A DNA stretch of 62,059 nt, counting the filler. It is 12 parts of 12 records of this genome, joined end to end, with 100 filler letters (N's around TTAATTAATTAA, not from the genome) between each part and the next. Parts side by side here need not be neighbours in the genome. Positions count along the whole stretch, not along the records: positions 42,179 to 49,264 come from SRR15195285_11644; positions 49,365 to 53,666 come from SRR15195285_11660; positions 53,767 to 62,059 come from SRR15195285_11662; 9 more parts are not named here. The stretch is one strand, 5' to 3'. Both the position numbers and the translations under genes were made by a program. Shown here piece by piece: positions 43,532 to 54,110 of the stretch. The notes below the pieces were generated by a model. It saw only the letters and a program-made list of their open reading frames with translations. It was not told the DNA's origin and searched no databases. Positions within the stretch are counted from its first letter, which is position 1; each line of letters opens with the position of its first letter.

Positions 43532-43993
43532 ATCTGAGATGAGCGCATCTACAGCAGAGGGAGAGGCGGAGGCGTTCCAATAATGCAGAACACGTAGTAT
43601 ATTCGCTTTGCAAAAGCCAGTATTGGTCCGCTGGCATTCATCTAACTCTCCGTACTATCGAGTTTGTGTGTTGATGATGGGCATATCCGGACGTCTTGTC
43701 CCCAGGCCGCCCAACCGAATTTTCACTGTCCGTTGTTTGTCGACCGCCAATCCGTTCCTACAGCTTGGACGAAAGTCCGGTCGGTCGGAGCACACCTCAT
43801 TTGCTGCACAACTAGCCACTGCTTATCAAGGAGGGCGTTCGACGTAGCGATTATCACCCTCAATCAGGCCAATCGACTTGCTGGGTCTGGAGCATCCTTG
43901 AGCCATAAGCCTCCACGCTGTGCAAAGGTGGTCCTGCGCGTCGCCTTTGGAAGGCTACATACAGGTCCGAGTGTCGCTATAGCGGTGATGGCA

Positions 43994-46900
43994 TCACATC
44001 TCAAAGTTGATTCCGAGTGCATCGGCTCCCTTCCATCCGCCCTTTGACGTACCTCCCTGCCGTTTTGCCTTTTCCGCGATGTCCTGATACTCTTCTTCTC
44101 CCTTGTGCTTGCTGTCATGTTTCCGTGGTTCCCGCACCTCACGCGTCGCATTGAAGCGTGAGCCCACTTCCAGACGCTGGCTTGGATCAATCGGTCCGCG
44201 CCCAAAGCGTTGCGCCCGCTCCATCTTCCGCTCCTCCTCTTGCCTTGCCACATCATACGCGAGTACCTGGCGCTTTAGTGCATCCTTCGCAGCAGCTTCG
44301 TCAACATCATCACCACTTTTCTTGGCCACCGCAAGATTGGTGCCTTCGGGCACAACAAGATCTTTAACCTTCGGCTTCCCCGCTTGCTTGGTCAATAATT
44401 TGAACACCTTCCCGTCCGAGCCTGACGAAAACCGGCCAGCAGATAAGTGTTGCCGCAAACAAACGAAAGCCAACAGAGGTTCAGACGAGAACGGGGGTAC
44501 AGCTAGGTACTGTACTGACCGTGCAACGTTTCGGCCTTCGCGCCGGGACGATTAAGCTCGGACGTGACAGACTTGCTGACGAGCGCCATCGGAATGGCAA
44601 TATCGATCCGAGGCTTGGCGCGCGCCGTGTCGCCGCCCATCATCTGTACAGCACACCGAAATAACTTGAGTGTACATCCAGGCTACCAGTGCAAATGAAG
44701 CTTAGATAGGTTGCTGTCGTCCAGAGCAAGGCAACGACCACGTCGGCCATCCAACACTACTCACCAAAGCAAAGTCTTTCTCAAACTCATCATCAATCTC
44801 TTCCTCTTTTTCGGCACCGCCTGGCTGCGCGAGCAGCACAACTTCTTCCTCCTCTTCTTCCTCTTCGTGGTTGCTTTCGTCGTCGGAATCTGAGTCTGAG
44901 TCTGATTCAGATTCTGAATCTTCATCGTCTTTGTGCGGGTCATCATCAATGTCGTCGTCTGCATCATCATCGTCGTCATCAAAATCATCGTCGTCGTCCT
45001 CTTCCTCCTCATCGTCCTCCTCGTCTATATCGGCTTCGTCTTCTCCCATCGTCCGCAGACCTCCTTGTTTTTCTTCAGCTTGGCGCTTAGCGTGCTCCTG
45101 TTCAATTACGGCACGGCACGCATCATTGGCTTCAGCGAACGTTTTAAAACGTTGAAGCTTCGGCCGAAGGGTCTCGAACATGTCGTCGACCATGAAAGAT
45201 GTGTCCATAGGTACCATCTCCTTTGTGAGAGAATATCGCTGGAAAAACGTCAAAAAGCGGTCAAGCTTCGCACGGGAGGAGCCACCGTTGAAATACTGGC
45301 CGCAGGTGTCTAGCAGCGCGCAGACAAGCCGTAGGCGGAAGCTGTCTTGCGGCGGATCAATTTGCTCGAGAGAGGGATGAAGAGCATTCCAGTGTGTCGG
45401 GTGCGGGTAGCCATAGTCGATCAGCAGGTACAGCGTCTCGAAAATGACCGATGAATCCACCTGCCGGTAGTTGTATAGCTCGCCAAGGAAATGCAGCATT
45501 GCTTGTCGCTTCTGCTGCAGCCGAAAATTATTGGTTTCTAGACCCCACAGTATCTCTTCCAAAACTGTATCTGCCAGCTGGATGGAGAACGAGTCATAAT
45601 ATGTCCCGAGTCCCGAAGAGATGGAAGCGACGCAGTGGATGTTATGGAATTTTTCACGTGCTGCGGTCAAGATATTGTCGATCACGAGCTTCTCAGACTC
45701 AGGCCATGGCAACTTGCGAAGCTGGCGCAGGATCTTTTCGACTGATGATCTCGACAGGTCTCTCAAAATCAGCTTACGCACATACTGCTCGAGAGGTGTC
45801 CTCTCTTTCACCACACGCGGAGCAACCACGGGCGGGTCGCAGGTAAGGATAGCGTTTTCAATGATGCCTTGCATAGACATCTCAATGTTGCGCTTCTCTT
45901 TCTTGCGTTGCATGATGTCCATAAGTTTGACCATGTGCGGATTGGTCTTGGGAAGCAGGAACAGGAAACGACCACAGGAATCGATCATGTGGCTGAGCTG
46001 CTCCAAGCTCTCCCTGCGGAACTCCTTGATGCACAGCGACAGAATTTTGAAAGTCTTGGCGAAGGGAAATGTTTTGAACTTAGTCAGTTCAGCAATGAAG
46101 CGCACGTTTCGCAGCTTGCTTTCGATCTGCGACTTGCCCTGGCTCTGCTTTTTGCTGTTCAGAAATTTGAACTCGTTTTCCAGTAGTTCTGCTAGTCGAG
46201 GCCCAAAGTCAGGCATGCACTTGGTCAGCGTCGCCGTGAGGCGAGCGTAGTGAGGCAGTAACTCAAGCATATTGCGATTCGAGTTGAACAGCGCCATCAG
46301 CAGCTTGGCGCGATTGCGTTTCGAGTTCATGTAGCAGAACTCGACGGCCCACTCGTCCATCCGCTCGCGGCTCGTGCAATTGGGAAGGCGTGCCAGCAGC
46401 GCGTCACACTTGCCACCGTCTGTTGTTTCGTCGAGATCATCCTCCGCGTCAAACTTCGGTGCTTCAGGTACCTCGGCACTGTCTTCATCGACGTTGTCGT
46501 CTGCGCCAGCTTCATCCTCAAAGTCCTCGACAACAATGTCCTCCTCCACAGCTTCGTGTGGGGGCGTCTCGTCGGCTCCAGCCGACGGATCAGTCTCCTC
46601 TTCGGGTTCTGGGGTAGCTTCAGTGCTCGTGGCTTCTTCTGCAACCGCAGCGGCCGCAGCGCCACCCTCGCTGAAGTAAATTGCCGGTACCATGGCTGTC
46701 AACTCTTGCAGTCGTTCGTAGAAGACTCGAGTCTCCTCATCCTCGAACGGAGAGTCAACAAAAACTTGGCCTTCGGTGCGACCCACCATTGATACAGAGC
46801 TCCCAACAACCTCCTCCTCTTCCTCCTCCTCGACCAGCTCTGGCATGTCCAGGTCGAGAACATCGGATAAGGTCTTCACGTTGACTCGGAGGCGCTCCAC

Positions 46901-48126
46901 CTCCTCTTCCAAGGCTTGGAAATCCGCCCGCCGTTCCTCGCTCAAGTCACCGCGCATCATCTCTTGCTCATAATTTTTCTTTTCGTCGCGCTTCATCTTT
47001 TTGTGCTGATTCACTAAGCGTAGCGAGACGCGAGCGTGGTAAGCAGTTAGAGTCTCCATCAGAGCTGTGCGATCAGTGTCCGAGATGATCTCGCGGTCAC
47101 CCTCTTCCGCAGCAGCTGACAGCGGGATCAACTCAATCGTTTGGTCTCGCGCTTTGATGCCCAGCATGTCGATGCCTGCAACTTTTGCGAACTCACGTAC
47201 AAGAGAGAGGTTCGCAAACTCGCGCGTTGCCTCGTCCTCTGCGATCAGTTTCTTGAGAAGTGCCATGATTGGGTCCAGCGTGTCGAGCACACCGATCACG
47301 TACAGCTCGGACAGAAACCGCAACGTGGAGCGGCGCTTGATGGGCTCGACCGCCTTGTCGCCGTCCTCGAAATCTTTGAGCAGGGTCGGGATCAGGCCCT
47401 CCTTTGGGTCAGTGAAGGCTTTGTAACGCTGGTGTAGGTGAGAGCACACCATAGCGGCGCCGTGCAAGTCAGCCACCTTCAGCACCGGCTCGCAGATCGC
47501 AGGGACCGCCTCTGAGATATACTTGGTCAGCCGCAGGGTTTTCACGTCTTTGATCAAAGAGGCGGTCTGCGAGTCTGAGAAGACGCGCAGCTTCTTCACG
47601 AACGACGTACACTTTTTCAGTTCGGCCTTGAGTTTCTTCAGATCCGCCTCGGTCAGCCGCTTCGGCTCGAAGTTCAACCGACGCATCTCCATCTTTTCGT
47701 CGTTCGCAGTCTCGCGCTGCCAGGCCATGCGCTTGAGACTCTCTTCGCGATCTTTCGCGCGCTTGACCTCCTCCTCCGCGCGCTTCTTTTCTGCTGCCTG
47801 CTGAGCGAGCAGCGCATCTTCGGCTTCCTTGGCTTTCTTGGCTGCGATGGCATCTTCGACGGCCTTCTTTTCGGCCTCCTCCTTCGCCTTCTTGGCCTCA
47901 ATGGCGGCCAGCTTGTCGTCGACGGTCTGCTTGCGGCGCCCGCCTCCTTTCCCCCCGCTGCCACCGCTGCTGCCGCCCTTCCCGGAGCTCCCTTTACCGC
48001 CACCGCTCTTCCCGCTGCCTTTGTTGCTGTCCTTTCTACCGCCATCTTTTCTGCCCCCTCCGTCCTTGCGGCTGTTGCTGCCATCTTTCCGGCTGTTCCC
48101 GCCGCCGCCGCCGCCGCCGCCACCGC
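43994..48126 (-). CDS. UPF2: Regulator of nonsense transcripts 2 (MIF4G x3, acidic tract, UPF1-binding C-terminus)
   Basis: LKKCTSFVKKLR, KYISEAV, RFIAELTKF, FLGELYNY, DSFRLRLVCALLDTCGQYF, acidic stretch, then spliced DIAIPM and VFKLLTK..KPKVKDLVVP (introns 44764-44644, 44519-44422). Start codon unresolved. Confidence 0.92.
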
Positions 48127-48251
48127 TGCAACAGTTGTCCCCAGATGGTCCACCTCAGACGACACCACCGACATCACTGCCACTACCACTGCAGCCGTCG
48201 GCGCTGCTATCTTCAAAAGAGACAACAATCACCAGAGGCTGCCCTGCAGGC

Positions 48252-49264
48252 ATGCAGAGCGCCACGGACCCTGCGCTGGCCGACGACCCATCCACTGATT
48301 GCAAGAAACTTCACGTCTTTGCGAACGGGATTCACGCCTGCTACGAACATGTTCGTGTACAGCAAGGGCGGTACTCGCGGGTGAATCTGCACGAGCCGAG
48401 CGAAGAAGAGTTACTAGCCCGAGCGCTGGCGTTGATCCGACCTGGCGATGTCTTTGTGGACGTGGGAGCTGCTGTTGGTTACTACACGCTACTAGTGGCG
48501 TCCACGCACCCGGAGTCGGTTGTTTTTGGGTTCAATCCATCAGAGTGGTTCCGCAAACAGATGGCACACAACATCCGCATCAATTTCGCTGGGCAGGCCG
48601 GCCCTCAAGCCGGGGCAGCCATTTGTATTGAACCGCGGTCATTGGGACTGGTAGACGGATCGCTCAGCTACGTTAACGGCGAATTTGGTGGGAGGGTCAG
48701 CGAGGCTGGCCTAGGTGGTGTTGCCCGTGATCACCGTGACATCTCAACTGGTAGGCGCGGCTCCATGGCCGCTGATACTGCAGTTGCTGCTGCATGCCAC
48801 TGTGCCTGACTGTGCCTTTGGATTGGCAGGGGTGCGCGACATAAGCGAAAGCACGACAGTGAAGATGTCAACATGGATGGAAACAACACTGGGGTCTGGA
48901 CGCGAGGTGTGGATGATGATGATCGACATCCAAGGCACAGAGGGCAAAGTTATCAGAGGTGCCGTCTGCACCCGCCATTTTTCATTTGCCAAGTCGTGGT
49001 GTGTGTGAATGTCCATGACATGCCGAGAGCAGGTGCAAAAGCCGATGGGACGCTGAGCAAAGGTTTGGTCCGGCAGTTCTTCATCGGAATTCACTCTGGA
49101 AACAATTTAGAGAATATTCGGGTAGATTTAGAAGCTGCAGGATACGACATTTTGTACGCCGAAGTAAGACTGTTCCACATGCATTTGCTCACTAACAATT
49201 GTAACAGACCGGGCATGAATGATTGCAGCTCAAAATGATGCCGTGTATCAGGCCAAAGTTGACA
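48252..49264 (+). CDS. FkbM-family methyltransferase (spliced, 3' end near contig edge)
   Basis: LIRPGDVFVDVGAAVGYYTL, VFGFNP, MMMIDIQGTEGKVIRG, FFIGIH. Confidence 0.75.
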
Positions 49265-50150
49265 NNNNNNNNNNNNNNNNNNNNNNNNNNNNNNNNNNNN
49301 NNNNNNNNTTAATTAATTAANNNNNNNNNNNNNNNNNNNNNNNNNNNNNNNNNNNNNNNNNNNNATGAGCTGTGACGAGTGGGCACCCGTACACACCATT
49401 TACAGAGATGTATTGGGATTCAGCACCTGGTACATTATGTACCTTCCTACAGGTCATACAGAAATCTCATATTCAGTATTGGAATTCAGTACCAGAGCGA
49501 GAGTGGGCCGGGTCATAAACTACCCGCGGACGACCATTCGGCGAAATCTGTCTCACGCCTCTTGCTGACCTCACCATTTTGTCCGGTTGCGATTGGGGTA
49601 AAATTCAGCCGACGACAGACAATCCAGCGAAAACACGATGCAAATGGCCCACAAATCGCCAAGATACCGCCAATACAAATTTGGGGTATAAACTACCCCA
49701 ATACACCTGTACCATGCACGGAATTTTTTTTGAAAAAAAAAGATACTATCCTAGATACCTGCTAGGAGGTAGTATGAAGTATGAGTGACTCTATATGCTG
49801 GTGCATGGTGCGTCGTCCGCCATGCAGCAGCATCGCGCGCGATCGCGCGCAGCGGCGCGCTGGCACGCAGCGTCGCCCATCGTCCGTCAGCGCGAGAGCA
49901 CGCGACGTCTATGATGGCCCGTCTCAGGCATGGGGGGAAATCTGGGAGATCGCTCCGCAGTCAATTGTATGGCAGCACGCGCTGCCGGCTTGTGCGCCGC
50001 GTTCAGCCATATACATGCAGTGGCCCCGCCTGCTGTGGGTGCAACAGTAGGGTTCCTCAAGTACGACGCTGGCACAGTACGACGGTACGTACGCTGCTAG
50101 TACGCTAGACGGTAGTCTACTTGCCTTGCGATTCGTCGTTTGACTGGTAG

Positions 50151-52194
50151 CTGAGCACAGACGCGTTCGGCTGGACCAGGGCGGTGACTCGTTCACCACT
50201 TCGACATCTTTTGCCGACCAGCAGCTGTCCTCCCCTATGCGCCATGCCCTGGCCAAAATGGGGCTGGAAAAGATGACGGATATCCAGGCGGCGACGCTGG
50301 GTCCAGCTTTGGCAGGCCAAGACGTGCTTGGCCGTGCGCGTACCGGAACTGGCAAAACTGTCGCGTTTTTAGTGCCGAGCTTGGAGCGCACTGCGCCCAA
50401 GAACGCTCGAAACCGAACCGGGCGCACGGGTAGGCAAGGTCCACCGAGCGTGGACGTACTCGCCATTTCGCCAACGCGCGAGCTCGCGTCGCAGATCGCT
50501 GATCAGGGCGAAGCGCTGCTGTCTGGACCGTCTGACAGCAACAAACGTAGCGTCCAGGTAATGTTCGGCGGGACGAACAAGCCGCGTGATGTTGCAAGGC
50601 TTGAGCGGAGCACTCCCACTCTGCTGGTAGCCACACCGGGCCGACTGCTCGACCATTTTCGCAACACGACCCTTCGTAAGGGTGCGTTCCGAGAGTTGTT
50701 CAGCGGTCTGCAGGTCCTTATCCTGGACGAGGCGGACCAACTCTTGGAGATGGGCTTCCGCAATGATATCATGGAGATCTTGCGCCACCTGCCCGTTGGA
50801 AAACAGACGCTGCTTTTCTCAGCTACGCTGCCTCCAAAACTTGAGGATGTGATGGCAGCGACCATGCGTGAAGACTTTGTCACTGTTGACTGCATTGGAG
50901 AAAGTGTTGGCGGTGCGACATCTTCTTCGGCCACGCATAGCTCTCAGCAGGTGCCACAGTCGCACGTGGTCTTGCCGAGCAACAGCAGGGCTATTGCTAG
51001 TGTTCTCGAGGTTATCCAGGACGCGCAGGCATCAGCACCATCAAACTACAAAATAATCGCCTTCTTTCCCACGGTGCGTCGTCTCTCATAATTTCCTTCT
51101 CTCCATTCTCTGTAGCCTGTCCGTTTCTAAGCAACAATTCTATCATCGGCCTTGGTGCCAGGCCCAAATGACGGCCTTTTATGCTCGGCTCTTCAATACT
51201 ACACTGTCTCGCGACGAAAGCCATGAACAAGCTATCGAGATCCATTCTCGCAAGTCACAATCGCAGCGTACGAAAAGCTCTGATAAATTCCGCAAGAGCC
51301 ATTCCGCAGTGATGTTCTCATCGGATGTCTCAGCTCGCGGTGTCGACTATCCGGATGTGACGCACGTCTTGCAGTTTGGGCTGCCGCCCTCGACTGAACA
51401 GTATATCCACCGTCTTGGTCGCACTGGTGCGCACTTATCGTCGTTTGGTCGTTGCACAGCCATCTGTACGCACAACCAAAACATAATTGATCAGTACTTG
51501 TTGTGACCCATCTACTAATTGATTTATGTCGTCATTGGCCAGGGCGAGCGGGCAAGCTTGGCAAAGGAGTGCTCATCCTCTCGCCCTTTGAGAAGCCGTT
51601 TCTAAAGGAACTTGAAGCTGCCGGATTGCTGTCAGACTGCCCACTAGACCCAGAGCTGAGCGTGATGTTGGGAGCAGCACCAGCAAGCAACGTTGGGGCG
51701 CGGCTAGCGCGGTGGCGTCCAACGAAAGGCAGCGACAGCTTGAAAGTAGCTGCGAAGGCTTACCAGGCGTTTCTGGGGTGCGACACTGCTTTCTGCAACT
51801 GTATCCAACTGACACAGGCTGCCATGTCAATACGCTGGCTTATTTTCGTCATCCCACGTATCTTGTGATTCTTTCTCAAAGGTTCGGGGATAGGGGTGTC
51901 GTTTGCTGATCAAGTCGCAATGTGTCTAGGTTTTACAATGGCCAAACACGCCGCATCAGACTGCAGGGTGGTAGCAAGCAAAGTCTAGTCGCACTGGCCA
52001 ACGACTTTGCCCACTCGTGTGGACTACCGTCACCTCCTCCACTTCTACCGAAGACAATCGGAAAGATGGGTAAGTGTGACCCGAACTAGTTAAATGACTT
52101 GCTGTGCCGATGACATCGACTGTGCACGTGCGATGCTGTTTGGCCGCCAGGACTCAACGGCGTCAAAGGGCTCGTCAAGAGCACAGCGAACTAA
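50151..52194 (+). CDS. DEAD-box RNA helicase (Mss116 / plant RH25-26-31-like); multi-exon, 5' exon(s) upstream unresolved
   Basis: Q motif, GTGKT, PTRELA, TPGRLLDH, LDEADQLL, SAT, SARGVD, HRLGRTGRAG, AYQAFLGFY, KTIGKMGL tail. Confidence 0.9.
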
Positions 52195-52786
52195 TTTGGA
52201 AACTAGCAGTGGTGCAACACAACTCTTGCATTGCGCGACTCGAAGTCACGATCCTGTGTTGACAGAATCGCAGCCTTGTGTGCATAAACGCATGAATGTG
52301 TCTGGACAGTACAGTACACGCTGGGGTGAAAAGAGTTAGTAGTCGCCTCTACTGCGCCGAGGAAGACCGTTCTTGCTAGGTGATTGCTTACCATTTCAAC
52401 AAAAGACACACTGCACCGCACTCTCTGGCTCGAACCACTAGTCATACTGCCTAATGGAATCTCAGGATGGATGCGCGCTTAGACAATGTCAGCATTAACG
52501 ATTAAGTACTGGTTGCTAGCATTAAGTACTGATTGCTGACACAGTCATGTTCCGCTTATGTAGGCAAATTCGGCAACGAGCGCGGTTTTCAATCGAAAAA
52601 CAATGGCTTATCAATAAATCAAGTAAAGTCTGGTGTCATCGACAGGTGACGAGGCAGTGCAAGCCGTTGGGGAAGATGACTCTAACTCTGACAAAGACGA
52701 CGAGCTGTATCCGGCAGAAGCCAGACGTGCAATTGACCAGTGGAGCCACGGGGTAGCCACTGCACAGATTTATGCTCCTCGCTTCA

Positions 52787-52856
52787 AGCTCGTGCCAGGC
52801 CAAGCAGTCTGGCACGAGCTCAAGCAGCATCAGCCAAGCAGTCTGGCACGAGCTCA
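52787..52856. repeat. Nested inverted + direct repeat (24-bp direct repeat GCCAAGCAGTCTGGCACGAGCTCA x2; 12-bp inverted arm)
   Basis: agctcgtgccag-gccaagcagt-ctggcacgagct hairpin, followed by a second direct copy. Confidence 0.8.
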
Positions 52857-52998
52857 TGCAATCCATTGTTAGCAAAAAACAGTCTAATCGTAAATCAGTT
52901 CTATTGTACCGTGCCTGCTCGCTGCTTCGATGGACCGAGCCACAAGTCGTTTAAAGTATCTGGTAAGAAAGGTGTGGTGTCGCGCCGAGATCACTGGA

Positions 52999-53666
52999 TC
53001 AGTCAACGATCGCAGCGGCGACCAGCTCCGCAATTTTTCCATACCCAACGTCATTGGGATGACACGCGTCGATTCCAAAGCATTCATCTTCGGTCGAATT
53101 TGCTCCTGAACACCAACCGATCCAGTCGCACGGCACATCCGATGCATTTGGAGCATAGCCAGGAGTCCCCGCAACGACTGGGCATCGCTCCTGGTACAGC
53201 TTAAATATGTCGATGATGTGAGACGAAGGAAGAGCTAAAGATCGCGCGATCGTGCGCACGGCTGCAGGCCCACGACCAGGGAACAACGAGTTGATCACAG
53301 TCTGGTTCATGTTATATCGGCCGTCCCGGTATAGTGGCGGCGGAATCATCAGGTACAGTCTGGGTTTCGGGCTACCTGACAAGAAACTGCGCGCCATGTC
53401 CAGATAGTCAACCGGAAAGACGCTGCCAGACAGAGCCCATCTCCTGGCCATAGCGTCATTAGTCCCGAGCATCAAGACCACGATGTCACTTTTTGAACTG
53501 ACCGCGGCGGCGTACTGCGAGGTATTCCAGTACGAGGCGCGATCACCACTGGGCAGGTGGGCGTCTTTGAGCATAGTCCGGCCGCCAACTCCGTAATTCG
53601 TGACAGCATACTGCTTGCCGAGCAGAGTCTGCAACTGGTTTGGATAGTTGAGCCCGCAAGAGCTCA
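52999..53666 (-). CDS. SGNH/GDSL hydrolase (acetylesterase-like), 5'-truncated
   Basis: NYPNQLQTLLG, NYGVGGRT (block II), VVLMLGTNDA (block III), DACHPN (block V). Confidence 0.88.
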
Positions 53667-54110
53667 NNNNNNNNNNNNNNNNNNNNNNNNNNNNNNNNNN
53701 NNNNNNNNNNTTAATTAATTAANNNNNNNNNNNNNNNNNNNNNNNNNNNNNNNNNNNNNNNNNNNNGGAGAAGCGGAAGGCTGCTGCTGGACAGGGAACA
53801 CGTGGAGGCTCCAGTTGATCCGTGAGTGGACTGTGTTCAGCTGTCTCTCTCTGTCTCTTTCACCTCTCTCACTCATGGACAAGTGAAGGGGTTCCTAGCT
53901 ATCGCACGTCCTGCGTCTCATACAGATTGTGTGGTTTGACGCCGCAGAGAGTACGGGACGAATCAACTGGTTCTGAGATGCCTTGTGCAGGGCGCCGGGG
54001 GTAGTAGAAGGCAGGATGATGATAGCACTGGGCTGCAAGGGCTTTCAGGGGAGCGGGAGAGGGAGGCCTCGCGTGAGTAAGTTCGTGTGAAGCGCTGACG
54101 TGAGCCATCC

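Noticed and set aside
48153-48160. In-frame TGA upstream of UPF2 as evidence for an alternative genetic code or selenocysteine
   Set aside because: TGA ends other conserved genes at the expected positions (e.g. ferric reductase ...FEF-TGA), and no internal TGA is seen in conserved domains.
6925-53666. Apparent cluster of secreted hydrolases (sulfatase, S10 peptidases, beta-lactamase fold, SGNH) as a degradation locus
   Set aside because: They lie mostly on different contigs, so adjacency in the window is artificial.
6754-53766. Regularly recurring TTAATTAATTAA flanked by Ns as a repeat family, CRISPR array or element end
   Set aside because: Identical 100-nt synthetic six-frame-stop spacers used to concatenate contigs; not biological.
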